Shown here piece after piece: positions 35,671 through 49,314 of a DNA stretch of 64,000 nucleotides. Below the pieces are notes generated by a model. That model did not search any database and was not told where the DNA came from. It saw only the letters and a program-made list of their open reading frames with translations. The position numbers and the translations under genes are program-made. The stretch is from contig NIVC01003606.1 of assembly GCA_002269645.1 (NCBI GenBank), positions 1 to 64,000 of the forward strand. The letters are read 5' to 3'. This DNA comes from Macrostomum lignano (Eukaryota). Numbering within the stretch: the first letter of the stretch is position 1; every line of letters starts with the position of its first letter.

Positions 35671-36227
35671 CCTTTGAGCATAGTTCTCAATCAGCACACT
35701 GCTATTGGCATGCCGGAAGGCGTGCGGTACAGTTTCTAGCACCGAACTGTCATTCAGCAGCACCACGTAGCAGCCAAAGACCCTCGAGTCGCTGGCCACA
35801 ATGGAGCTGGCCACGCTGTACCAGAGCGCGTTGTAGCCATCCGCCTCGTTGATCACCCGGAACCAGGCCTCGAACGGCCGGTTGGCCAGCTGGTAGATGT
35901 AGTTGAACAGGTTGGCTATGCTCAGAACTGACCGCACCGAGCGGTCAAATCCGCGGTAGTGCACCGGCCGCTGCCGCTCCGACTCTTCCTTGCTGAAGGC
36001 TGTCAGCGGGAACCGGCTGCGGTTCTGCGTGCCCAGACAGCGCCTGGCGCCGCCGCCGCTGCTGCTGGCGTTGCTGACGGCCTCCCGGACGAATGCCACT
36101 ACTGTGGAGAACTTGTCCCCGGACTCGAATCGGCGCCTGTAGTGCTCCGGCAGCTCGGCAAAGTAGGAACTCCCGAAGGAGCCGCCAGGGTGGGCAGCAG
36201 CGTCAGACACAGCAACAGCGGCTTCAT
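35671..36227 (-). CDS. GPR158-like: GPR158-like, exon 1 (signal peptide and N-terminal domain), with an apparent 1-nt frameshift
   Basis: ATG at 36227 gives MKPLLLCLTLLPTLAAPS. The long frame GSSYFAELPEHY...ENYAQR|gtgagg is offset by one base near the C3 run at 36172-36174. Confidence 0.72.
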
Positions 36228-37114
36228 CACGCGGGGATGATGGAGAATCTCAGCCGACTAAAGTAACAAAGGAAAATATCAAACTGGTTAATTTTATTGG
36301 AACAATGTGAGCGTAGTTTGCTCTGCCGTCGGCTGGTGGAGAGGCGGCAGCGGGGAGAGAAATGAAGGGAGCAGTGAGTGAGAGAGAGGAGAGCCTGGGG
36401 TTTCCAAGGCTGTGGCGGGATCGATCTGGGGAAGAAAACCAGAGGAGGATTGAATTTGAAAGGAGAAAAGTAGAGAGAGGGGAGCTAGGGCGAGCGTAGA
36501 GGTGGCTCACAAATAAATATTTATTTTCACTGAGAGAGAGAGAGGAGCGGGGAGAGGGGGCCTGTGGGGACACTGACTGAGGGGTCGTGGTTCGCACTGG
36601 GGTTAGAAGAGATTTCGGCGGAGGCGAGTAGGGCAAAGGAGAGGGTAGGGGATGTTGCAGCCTCCCCCTGCCTGGCGGAGAGACAGAGAGAGAGAGCAGG
36701 AATCGCAGTGGGGAAGGCAGGTTTCCCGATCAGTGGAGGGGATCTCTGGAGAGGGACAACTTCGGTCTGAACAGGCTGGAGCGGTTGGGAAGGTCCTATG
36801 CGATTTTGGAACACCCGTGGCGGTCCCCATGTGCAGGGGGAGGGACGGGAAGAGGATTCGCTGGCCAGCGGTTGGCTGCTGGTGGGAGAGGCAGTGCAAA
36901 ACTCGATAGATAAAGCGTCACTTTACAGCGCCTCCCTCTCGCCCTCGCCCACACAGGCGAAATGCTGTGGGTGGTCGCGGTGGCAATGCAAGCGAGTCTT
37001 AGTGCGTCATCAGCTTGACACCTTGCTTAATAAAGAGCAGTTGAAGAGCAGCGCGAAAAACAAAAACAATTCATTCACTGCTGAGAGAAACAGAGAGGGA
37101 ACAGACGAATAGGA

Positions 37115-37790
37115 TAGAGTGGCAGAGAGTCGTAGAGAGTGGCAGAACTCGGAGAGTGGCAGGACTCGGAGAGTGGCAGAACTCAGAGAGTGGCAGAACT
37201 CAGAGAGTGGCAGAACTCGGAGAGTGGCAGAGAGTCGTAGAGAGTGGCAGAACTCGGAGAGTGGCAGAACTCAGAGAGTTGTAGAGAGCGACAGAGTGAC
37301 AAAATATCAGAGAGCGGCAGAGAGTGGCAGGGAGTGGTAGAGAGCGGCAAAGAGTGGCAGAGAGTGGTAGAGAGTGGCAGAGAGCGGCAGAGAGTGGCAG
37401 AGAGTGGTAGAGAGTGGCAGAGAGCGGCAGAGAGTGGCAGAGAGTGGCAGAGAGCGGCAGAGAGTGGCAGAGAGTGGCAGAGAGCGGCAGAGAGCGGCAG
37501 AGAGTGGCAGAGAGTGGCAGAGAGCGGCAGAGAGTGGCAGAGAGCGGCAGAGAGTGGCAGAGAGTGGTAGAGAGTGGTAGAGAGTGGCAGAGAGTGGCAG
37601 AGAGCGGCAGAGAGTGGCAGAGAGTGGTAGAGAGCGGCAGAGAGTGGCAGAGAGTGGTAGAGAGTGGCGAAGAGTGGCAGAGAGTGGCAGAGAGTGGCAG
37701 AGAGTGGCAGAGAGTGGTAGAGAGCGGCAGAGAGTGGCAGAGAGTGGTAGAGAGCGGCAGAGAGTGGCAGAGAGTGGTAGAGAGTGGCAC
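37115..37790. repeat. Minisatellite, 10-bp unit (AGAGTGGCAG)
   Basis: Tandem array; it explains ORFs 37119-38037. Confidence 0.95.
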
Positions 37791-38352
37791 AGCGCATCAC
37801 TCTGAAACGAGAAGGGCAGGAGGCTCAGAGGATAAATTTGAGTCAGATTGGCACAGCGAGCTCCGGAGACGCAAGTCCAACCGTTTCCAAAATTGGTATG
37901 AAATTCCAGTTTGTCCAATTATCTCAACTGACTCAGGGTCGCATCTGTCGATGCATGTTGAGCGCAATTTTCCCCAGTTGAACATGAGCAGACCGGGCCG
38001 GGGCTGCTGTCGAACAGGTGTCCCCAGCTCTCTGTAATTATCTGGGTCTCTGAGCCTTCCTCCTCCAGGCCTTTCTTTATGGAAGCGCCTCAATTAAGCG
38101 GAGTCATTTTCTGCAATTTTTCTAGAATTTTCCGAGAATTTCACTTCCATCTTTGTTAAAAATTCGAAGGATTGCCCTAGCACTGGGGGAGTTGACGCTG
38201 AGGGTGGAGCAAGGCGTGAGCTTAGAAAGCTAAGAGCTGAAAAAGAGAGGATGCTGCGGGGTTTGATGAACTGTCAAAAGTCTTTACAGACAAGACAGCT
38301 GCGTCAGGAGCTGCTGCTGCTTCTGTCTTTCTTTCCTTCCGCACCGTGTCAT

Positions 38353-38840
<488 letters not shown>

Positions 38841-39297
38841 CCCTTAGAGTCCTTTCAAGAAATCTTATCCCTCAGAGTAGTGGAGATCTAACCTTTTAAA
38901 CGTGACATTGATATTAACAAATAAATGGTAGTCAAACAAAATGATTCAAAAAAATCCATTCAGAAACAACGAAAATTCACTGATATCGTATATATTGACT
39001 TTTACAGTTTTTTAAAGCTGATAGTAAAGGACTTTAGCTCATAGCCTGCGTATGCACAAGAAAGTTCCTTGACAATTTTACCAAAACGCGGACAAAAACC
39101 GATAGAAAACTAAGCAAGGCGCTGTGAAGACAGACAGACAGTGGCAGATTTTCTTATGCATTTTTGCTCTATCTAGACACAAAACAGATTTAATGCGATG
39201 ACGCAAGAGCAATTAGCAAACCGGATGTTGCTTACGGCTATTATGAACAGATTGCATGATCAGACTGACGGAAAAAAGCAATGCTGATTTATTTGGG

Positions 39298-41030
39298 TGT
39301 GACTCACTAACTTTGGGAGTAACTCACAAAGTTTGAAAGTGACTCACCAAGTTTGAGAGTGACTCACCAAGTTTGAGAGTGACTCACCCAGTTTGAGAGT
39401 GACTCACCCAGTTTGAGAGTGACTCACCCAGTTTGAGAGTGACTCACCCAGTTTGAGAGTGACTCACCCAGTTTGAGAGTGACTCACCCAGTTTGAGAGT
39501 GACTCACCCAGTTTGAGAGTGACTCACCAAGTTTGAGAGTGACTCACCCAGTTTGAGAGTGACTCACCCAGTTTGGGAGTGACTCACCCAGTTTGAGAGT
39601 GACTCACTAAGTTTGGGAGTGACTCACTAAGTTTGAGAGTGACTGACCCAGTTTGAGAGTGACTCACCTAGTTTGAGAGTGACTCACTAAGTTTGGGAGT
39701 GACTCACCCAGTTTGAGAGTGACTCACCCAGTTTGAGAGTGACTCACCCAGTTTGAGAGTGACTCACCCAGTTTGAGAGTGACTCACTAAGTTTGAGAGT
39801 GACTCACCCAGTTTGAGAGTGACTCACCAAGTTTGAGAGTGACTCACCCAGTTTGAGAGTGACTCACCCAGTTTGGGAGTGACTCACCCAGTTTGAGAGT
39901 GACTCACTAAGTTTGAGAGTGACTCACCCAGTTTGAGAGTGACTCACCCAGTTTGAGAGTGACTCACCCAGTTTGAGAGTGACTCACCTAGTTTGGGAGT
40001 GACTCACTAAGTTTGGGAGTGACTCACCCAGTTTGAGAGTGACTCACCAAGTTTGAGAGTGACTCACCCAGTTTGAGAGTGACTCACCAAGTTTGAGAGT
40101 GACTCACTAAGTTTGAGAGTGACTCACCCAGTTTGAGAGTGACTCACCCAGTTTGAGAGTGACTCACCCAGTTTGAGAGTGACTCACCCAGTTTGAGAGT
40201 GACTCACTAAGTTTGGGAGTGACTCACTAAGTTTGAGAGTGACTCACCCAGTTTGAGAGTGACTCACCTAGTTTGAGAGTGACTCACTAAGTTTGGGAGT
40301 GACTCACCCAGTTTGAGAGTGACTCACCCAGTTTGAGAGTGACTCACCCAGTTTGAGAGTGACTCACCCAGTTTGAGAGTGACTCACCAAGTTTGAGAGT
40401 GACTCACCCAGTTTGAGAGTGACTCACCAAGTTTGAGAGTGACTCACCCAGTTTGAGAGTGACTCACCCAGTTTGGGAGTGACTCACCCAGTTTGAGAGT
40501 GACTCACTAAGTTTGAGAGTGACTCACCCAGTTTGAGAGTGACTCACCCAGTTTGAGAGTGACTCACCCATTTTGAGAGTGACTCACCTAGTTTGGGAGT
40601 GACTCACTAAGTTTGGGAGTGACTCACCCAGTTTGAGAGTGACTCACCAAGTTTGAGAGTGACTCACCCAGTTTGAGAGTGACTCACCAAGTTTGAGAGT
40701 GACTCACCCAGTTTGAGAGTGACTCACCCAGTTTGAGAGTGACTCACCCAGTTTGGGAGTGACTCACCAAGTTTGAGAGTGACTCACCCAGTTTGAGAGT
40801 GACTCACTAAGTTTGAAAGTGACTCACCAAGTTTGAGAGTGACTCATAAAGTTTCAGAGTGACTCACTAAGTTTGGGAGTAACTCACAAAGTTAGAAAGT
40901 GACTCACCAAGTTTGAGAGTGACTCACCAAGTTTGAGAGTGACTCACCCAGTTTGAGAGTGACTCACCCAGTTTGAGAGTGACTCACCCAGTTTGAGAAT
41001 GACTCACTAAGCTTGAGAGTGACTCATTCT
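39298..41030. repeat. Minisatellite, 20-bp unit (GACTCACCCAGTTTGAGAGT), with 600-bp higher-order periodicity
   Basis: Tandem array; variant patterns at 39601-40020 recur at 40201-40620. Confidence 0.97.
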
Positions 41031-41624
41031 CAGCAGAGTGACCCACTTGATTTGCCAGAGTAAATTTTAGTGACTCATTGTATCTGTGACCAAATACAAG
41101 TTAACAGTGCCAGATAAAGTAAAATGGCAATTTTAAGAAGGAGTAATTAAAAATTTTAAAGCGGGTCAGTCGACATTGAAAGTAAAGTAAAGCTGCTGAC
41201 AGAAAATAGTTGCATCATCTGAAGTTGCAGAAGATCAAAGTGACAAAAGATAAAGTTGTCGCCACAATTTTGACAAAAATTTCTAAGAAATAGAAAAAAA
41301 CATTCTCTTGTGATTGACCTGTCTTTCATCGCATCGGATCTACAGACTCGGGAGTAATGTGAAAAAATTCAAGACTCGTATAGATACACAGAAGTAGTCA
41401 CTGGATAATTTCTGTTTAACGAGGAAAATATTTTAAATAAATAAGTTCCGTGCGATTGTGGCATTGACAGGATATTTTAGATATTGCAATTTTTTCAGAC
41501 AGAAAAAAATAACAAACGACAGACAATAAAGTTATTTTATTAATAGATTTGTTATAAGCCATGCCATGCTTTGCGTCAGCTCATCTGCCACATCTCTTAA
41601 AGAGCTCAGAAATACCCAGCTAGA

Positions 41625-42058
41625 TATGCGACTTCTAGAGCTAGATATAGTCTACTTCTAGAGCTAGATATAGTCTACTTCTAGAGCTAGATATAGTCTA
41701 CTTCTAGAGCTAGATATAGTCTACTTCTAGAGCTAGATATAGTCTACTTCTAGAGCTAGATATAGTCTACTTCTACAGCTAGATATACCACTTCTAGAGC
41801 TAGAAATAGTCTACTTCTAGAGCTAGATATAGTCTACTTCTAGAGCTAGAAATAGTCTACTTCTAGAGCTAGATATAGTCTACTTCTAGAGCTAGATATA
41901 CGACTTCTAGAGCTAGAAATAGTCTACTTCTAGAGCTAGATATAGTCTACTTCTAGAGCTAGATATAGTCTACTTCTAGAGCTAGATATAGTCTACTTCT
42001 AGAGATAGAAATAGTCTACTTCTAGAGCTAGATATAGTCTACTTCTAGAGCTAGATTT
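41625..42058. repeat. Minisatellite, 23-bp unit (GCTAGATATAGTCTACTTCTAGA)
   Basis: Tandem array. Confidence 0.95.
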
Positions 42059-42164
42059 CTTCTCCAATATGACCGCAACTTCAAGAGAAAACAGTCGCTT
42101 AAAACAGAATTTTTTTGCTTCGATCTGTCCTCGTCACTCTACTTCATTTCGCAAGCCTCCCAGC

Positions 42165-42493
42165 TCACAGCGGCTCCATATCCTCGCAGTCTACCTCCAC
42201 CTTGATGTACATGGTGTCGTCTTTGATGTAGTCCAGAGTGCCGATCACTTCCAGTTCGGCGAATCGAGCCGCCCCGAAACTGGCGTTTCTCTCGCCAACC
42301 GGACGGCCGAGGAATGGTCGGTTCTCCTTGCACGTGTTGGGCTTCACCACGTACACAATGTTCCTACGGGCGGCCACGTCTTCGCATTGGTCTATCAGGT
42401 GGAAGGTGATCTTGTAGGCGAACGGCCAGGCCAGCAGCGGGTCGTTGTCGCCTTTGCAGATGCACACGAATAGGGACATGTACTTGCCACGGC
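42165..42493 (-). CDS. TRAF4-like: TRAF4-like protein, exon 5 (MATH/TRAF-C domain, stop)
   Basis: Encodes RGKYMSLFVCICKGDNDPLLAWPFAYKITFHLIDQ...YIKDDTMYIKVEVD. ccgcag|GC. Confidence 0.95.
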
Positions 42494-42529
42494 CTGCGGC
42501 GGTTTGGCGAATAGGGGACGGTTAGCGAT

Positions 42530-42825
42530 TGTGTCACTCCCTAGTGAGTGTTGTGTCACTCCCTAGTGATTGTTGTGTCACTCCCTAGTGAGTGTTGTGT
42601 CACTCCCTAGTGAGTGTTGTGTCACTCCCCAGTGAGTGTTGTGTCACTCCCCAGTGAGTGTTGTGTCACTCCCTAGTGAGTGTTGTGTCACTCCCCAGTG
42701 AGTGTTGTGTCACTCCCTAGTGAGTGTTGTGTCACTCCCCATTGAGTGTTGTGTCACTCCCTAGTGTCTGTTGTGTCACTCCCTAGCGTCTGTTGTCACT
42801 CCCTAGTATCTGTTGTGGCGCTCCC
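42530..42825. repeat. Minisatellite, 22-bp unit (GTGTCACTCCCTAGTGAGTGTT)
   Basis: Tandem array. Confidence 0.93.
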
Positions 42826-43224
42826 TATTCTCGAAAGTTCTTCGGTGCGGCATGCTCTTATCCTCAAGTAGTTGACTTCCTAGGAAGACTCCGGTGTGTC
42901 ACTCCTAATTCTCAGGAAAATTGATTTCATCCCATAAATTTTTTGTGCTCTCAGTAGTTCCATGTGCGATCATGCCACCCCCTCACTGCAGTTCTAAAGC
43001 TCCGGGCCTCGATCACCACCGCGCCTCCATCCCACTGATCCATCATTTCCGTGCAGTAATGTTTTGGTCAGGAACGTCTGGGTTATTATTATTATAAATG
43101 CTGCAGCTCTCGGTTGTGACTGATGATGCTGGCAGGCAGCTGGGGGTTGGGGGCCAGACACATCTAGGTAAACTTTTTCTTTTCACTGCACTGACCTGAA
43201 CTAACTTTACTTCACTTCACTTCA

Positions 43225-44510
<1,286 letters not shown>

Positions 44511-44532
44511 CTCCTAGGAGCAGAAGACTCAC

Positions 44533-44866
44533 TCTTGCCATCGCCATAGAGACAGGCGGACATGGCGAGCTTGTATCCGTGCCGGTTGGTGAGGAACGGC
44601 GGGCTGAAGATGGTGGACTTCTTGCCGCTCTTGGCCTCCGCCAGTTTCTCCTCGTAGTTGTCGATCTTCCAGATGAGCTGCGGTCCGTACAAGTTCTCCA
44701 GCCCGTTGATCCGGCGCTCGATGCCCAGCATCTTCTTCTCCATCTCTTGTATGGCTTTGTCTTGATTCTCGCGATTTTTGTCTCCCTGCTTGACTGCGGC
44801 GCACAGAATCTCCATGTGGTTGAGCTGCTTGGCGGCCACGTGCTCCTTCATCGCCTTCTTCTTGCC
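44533..44866 (-). CDS. TRAF4-like: TRAF4-like protein, exon 4 (coiled coil and start of MATH)
   Basis: Encodes GKKKAMKEHV...LIWKIDNYEEKL...IFSPPFLTNRHGYKLAMSACLYGDGK. ccccag| and A|gtgagt. Confidence 0.95.
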
Positions 44867-44899
44867 CTGGGGAGTCGGTTGGGCGTGCAATATGAGCTG

Positions 44900-45800
44900 T
44901 GCAATATCAGATGTAATCAGGTGTGCAATAGCATATAATCAGGTGTGCAATAGCATATAATCAGGTGTGCAATAGCATATAGTCTGGTGTGCAATAGCAT
45001 ATAATCAGGTGGGCAATAGCATATAGTCTGGTGTGCAATAGCATATAATCAGGTGTGCAATAGCATATAATCAGGTGTGCAATAGCATATAGTCAGGTGT
45101 GCAATAGCATCTAGTCAGGTGTGCAATAGCATATAGTCAGGTGTGCAATAGCATCTAGTCTGGTGTGCAATAGCATCTAGTCAGGTGTGCAATAGCATAT
45201 AGTCAGGTGTGCAATAGCATATAGTCAGGTGTGCAATAGCATATAATCAGGTGTGCAATAGCATATAGTCTGGTGTGCAATAGCATATAATCAGGTGTGC
45301 AATAGCATATAATCAGGTGTGCAATAGCATATAATCAGGTGTGCAATAGCATATAGTCTGGTGTGCAATAGCATATAGTCAGGTGTGCAATAGCATATAA
45401 TCAGGTGGGCAATAGCATATAGTCAGGTGTGCAATAGCATATAGTCAGGTGTGCAATAGCATATAATCAGGTGTGCAATAATATATATTCAGGTGTGCAA
45501 TAGCATATAGTCAGGTGTGCAATAGCATATAATCAGGTGTGCAATAGCATATAATCAGGTGTGCAATAGCATATAATCAGGTGTGCAATAGCATATAGTC
45601 TGGTGTGCAATAGCATATAGTCTGGTGTGCAATAGCATCTAGTCTGGTGTGCAATAGCATATAGTCTGGTGTGCAATAGCATCTAGTCTGGTGTGCAATA
45701 GCATCTAGCCAGGTGTGCAATAGCATATAGTCAGGTGTGCAATAGCATATAATCCGGTGTGCAATATAAAATCAGCTGTGCAATCAGGTGTGCAATAGCA
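44900..45800. repeat. Minisatellite, 22-bp unit (CAGGTGTGCAATAGCATATAAT)
   Basis: Tandem array. Confidence 0.96.
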
Positions 45801-46284
45801 TAGCTGATTGCATCAGCAAACTCATATTCCATTGTACTCAATTGTGCTTTTCGATAGTGGATCTTGAGGTACAAGAAATTTATTTTATGAGTCTAGTCCC
45901 CTTTAGTTTCCTCATTTCATTCACCCGTTAACTATTCATACGCAGTAATAACCAGCTTACATCACTGCACCCATTGAAATCTCGCATAAACAGTTCCCTG
46001 TGGCTGTCACAGTCATCAAAGTCTGATTGTTCGACTTGCTCTGTTCTCAATTTTTTCTTGGAGCTCTGTAGCCTGGCTTCCTGCCATGGGATTTTCGATT
46101 TCTTTGCTCAGCTGACAGGTGCTGTCAGGCTGAGGATTGAGTCTGATTGGCTGACTGTATTTGTCTGGGACTGCGGCATTCAGAAAGGCCTGGCTTTGTT
46201 TGCTTTGGGCGTTGGCTTGGGGCTTTCCATTTGCCTTGCTTGCTTCAGCTTTTGAACTGGCGCTGGCAGCTTCTCAGATTGAAG

Positions 46285-46898
46285 AGGGGATGGAGGAGAG
46301 AGGGGAGAGGAAAGGAGAGGGGAGAGAGGGGAGAGGGGAGAGGAGAGGGGAGAGGGGAGAGGGGAGAGGAGAGGGGAGAGAGGAGAGAGGGGAGAGGGGA
46401 AAGGAGAGGGGAGAGAGGGGAGAGAGGAGAGATGAGAGGAGAGAGAGAGTAGAGAGGAGAGGGAAGGGGGGATGGAGGAGAGGGGAGAGAGGAGAGAAGA
46501 GAGGGGGGAGAGGAGAGGGGAGAGGAGAGATGAGAGGAGAAAGAGAGTAGAGAGGAGAGGGAATGGGGATGGAGGAGAGGGGAGAGAGGAGGGAAGAGAG
46601 GGGAGAGAGGAGAGGGGAGAGGAGAGATGAGAGGAGAAAGAGAGTAGAGAGGAGAGGGAATGGGGATGGAGGAGAGGGGAGAGAGGAGGGAAGAGAGGGG
46701 AGAGAGGAGAGGGGAGAGGAGAGATGAGAGGAGAAAGAGAGTAGAGAGGAGAGGGAAGGGGGATGGAGGAGAGGGGAGAGAGGAGGGAAGAGAGAGGAGA
46801 GAGGAGAAAGGAGAGAAGAAAGGGGAGAGGAGGGGGAGAGAGCAGAGGGAGGGTAGAGGAGAGGGGAAAGAGGAGAGGGTAGAGTGGAGAGGAGAGAG
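46285..46898. repeat. AG-rich low-complexity satellite
   Basis: Purine-rich tandem array. Confidence 0.93.
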
Positions 46899-46913
46899 TA
46901 AGCTATACACATT

Positions 46914-47273
46914 GGGGGGCCGTAGCCCAGCGGTAGCGCAGCTGCTCTGGTGTGCCAGCGGCCCAGGCTCGATTCCAAGTGCAGCCACATTAATTTGGGG
47001 CTGAATTGGAATTTCGGCTTGGCTCGCTTGTGCAATTAACGGCCTTGAGAGCCAACCCCCCAAGGCGCAGTGAAGTGTACATGCCTAACAATTGATAAAG
47101 TTAGGGCCGCTGTACACTCCTGTGTGAGTGTGTGCCTGCGTAACGTATCCGCGCGCTTGTATGCCTGCTCAGGGGAGTCGGCGGAATGGGCAGTTAATGC
47201 CTCTCGCCGGTTGTGTGCCTGTCGCCTAAAGTGCGCCAGGGTGCACACAACCCCCCTGCCTCTAAAAAAAAAA
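46914..47273 (+). mobile_element. tRNA-derived SINE, head type I, full length
   Basis: GGGGGGCCGTAGCCCAGCGG (A box), GGCTCGATTCC (B box), shared core, and a 3' CCTGCCTCT(A)n tail. Confidence 0.9.
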
Positions 47274-47370
47274 CTAATCACATTTCAACAAAAAGACGCC
47301 ATAGTTTTGAAGCAGCAATAAAATTTACACAGAGCTGGAACAGTGCGAATGGCGCAAGTCCTGAACTCAC

Positions 47371-47688
47371 AGTGAACTGGCAGCCGTAGCTGGCAAACGG
47401 ACAGTTGAGGTCCTGCTTCATGCACTCATTTTCCAGGTGCTCGGTGAGTCGCTCCCTGGCCACCTCCCTTCGCTTGCACTTATTCGGGCAGGGCACCAGG
47501 AACTTAGGGCAGATCTCCAGGTGCTCGGCCTCGTTCTCAGCAATCAGGCGGATCTCGCAGAACTGGCAGTGAATCTCGCGCTTCGGACAATCGTCGTTGC
47601 GGTGCTTCTCCAGGAAGCGCTTCTCGAATTCCACGCCGCAGCGCATCGGGCAGGTCGTCATCATGCGGTCGCAGCCCTCCATGTGGGC
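47371..47688 (-). CDS. TRAF4-like: TRAF4-like protein, exon 3 (TRAF-type zinc fingers)
   Basis: Encodes AHMEGC...CPMRCG...HRNDDCPKREIHCQFC...HLEICPKFLVPCPNKC...HLENEC...CPFASYGCQFT, phase 0-0. Confidence 0.95.
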
Positions 47689-48145
47689 CTGCGGTTCGCG
47701 GAGGGGTGCTTTGCTTTTCTGGTGGGCTATTTTATTTTACTGTTGCGATTTTTTTGATTTACTGATTTGATATTTTAAGTTTACCTGTGAGGTTTTCTAG
47801 TTTACAAAATCAATCATCAGTTTCTCTAATAGCATTTTTTGTTTTACTAGTTGAATAGTTTCATTTCTTTTTAATGCTGATTTTGTTTTTCTAAATACGT
47901 AGATATAATCGTAGATATAATTAATTGATTCTTGTTCTTTGTATATAGCAGTTAGACTGTTGTTGTTAGCCTACTTTTAGTAGGCCGCATCAAACTATTA
48001 TAGTAAATAATCTTCAGACATAATGAATTTTTCCGTGTTTAATAGCCAGTCTCAATATTCACCCTAATATCAGTGAACTCATTATTCACATAAGTACCCA
48101 CAAACTCATCATTCACAGCAGTACATGTGAACTTCTCAGACTCAC

Positions 48146-48299
48146 CATGAGCTCGAGCAGCAAGCCAGTCCACGGACAGCCCCGGGCGCTGAAGGAGCAT
48201 TTAACACCAAGATTGTCCGTCTCCTTCTGAAAGGCTTTGTCCACGTAGACCTTTTCCTTGTCGATGGCCACCTGGTCCAAGGGACACCTAGGCGCCACT
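48146..48299 (-). CDS. TRAF4-like: TRAF4-like protein, exon 2
   Basis: Encodes VAPRCPLDQ...DKAFQKETDNLGVKCSFSARGCPWTG. tttatag|A and ATG|gtgagt. Confidence 0.93.
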
Positions 48300-48514
48300 C
48301 TATAAAAAGCATTGGCGTTGTCGTTAAGTCCCATACTGTATCAGAAATTCATGTGAGACAATTTTTAAAGACTTTTACTCGTAGAGTCACTCCAGAAAAT
48401 TAAAAAGAAAAGTTTTAGAGACAAGTTTACTGCGTAAACATCGATCAGATTCACATCATTCAGGGTTAAATCTTCCACCGGAACATAATTTCCAAGGACA
48501 AAATTCAAGAGACG

Positions 48515-48880
48515 CATCTCCAAAGGACGTCCTTGTAACTTCCAGGGCCACATCTTCCAAGGACGTATCTTCTAGGGATACATCTTCCAAGGACGTATCT
48601 TCTAGGGATACATCTTCCAAGGACGTATCTTCCAGGGATACATCTTCCAAGGGGTATCTTTCAGGGATACATCTTCCAAGGGGTATCTTTCAGGGATACA
48701 TCTTTCGAGGGGTATCTTTCAGGGATACATCTTCCAAGGGGTATCTTTCAGGGATACATCTTTCGAGGGGTATCTTTCAGGGATACATCTTCCAAGGGGT
48801 ATCTTTCAGGGATACATCTTTCGAGGACGTATCTTCCAAGGATACATCTTCCAAGGAGGTATCATTCAGGAATACATCTT
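48515..48880. repeat. Minisatellite, 30-bp unit made of two 15-bp halves (CCAAGGACGTATCTT/CTAGGGATACATCTT)
   Basis: Tandem array. Confidence 0.9.
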
Positions 48881-48970
48881 CCAGGGAACAAATCTTTCAC
48901 AAACAAATCTTCCGGGAAACACATCGTCAGCTTCAACGAATCCAAATCAAGGAACGAGAAGGACACCCAC

Positions 48971-49314
48971 CGCAGCAGGTCGGGCAGGCAGGAGCTGCAG
49001 CAGCGGTGGCCGCACTCCTCAAACTGGACCGGATAGCGCAGGACCTGGCCGCACACCGGGCACTCGTATTTCTTGTCCAGCTGCTCCAGGAACACCACCT
49101 CGACCTCCTCCGTGATGCCGATACCGCTGCCGACTCCGACACCGCTGCCAACGCCGCCGCCTCCACGGCCGCCATCCGAAGAGGCGGAGTGCGGCAGCGA
49201 GCGGGACTGGCCGCTGGGCCCGCGGACTGGCGGCATCGGAGACCCCGTCCGTTTAGTCGGCGTGGCCGTAGCAGAGGCTGGACCAGACGATGGGGCACCG
49301 TTGGGCTCGGGCAT
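48971..49314 (-). CDS. TRAF4-like: TRAF4-like protein, exon 1 (RING finger)
   Basis: Encodes MPEPNG...KKYECPVCGQVLRYPVQFEECGHRCCSSCLPDLLR. CG|gtgggt. Confidence 0.93.

Noticed and set aside
36527-36900. LINE C-terminal zinc-knuckle remnant (CDSC...CPT.LRRNLF)
   Set aside because: The His ligand is missing and there are no RT or endonuclease motifs nearby; the similarity is only impressionistic.
45974-46255. ORF inside TRAF intron 3 as an extra exon or nested gene
   Set aside because: TRAF exons 3 and 4 join in phase 0 and give a complete domain order; no domain or splice support.
46914-46990. tRNA genes at the SINE heads (also 8556, 21200, 51044, 52240)
   Set aside because: The cloverleaf is incomplete, and each is fused to the same downstream core and A-rich tail, so they are SINEs.
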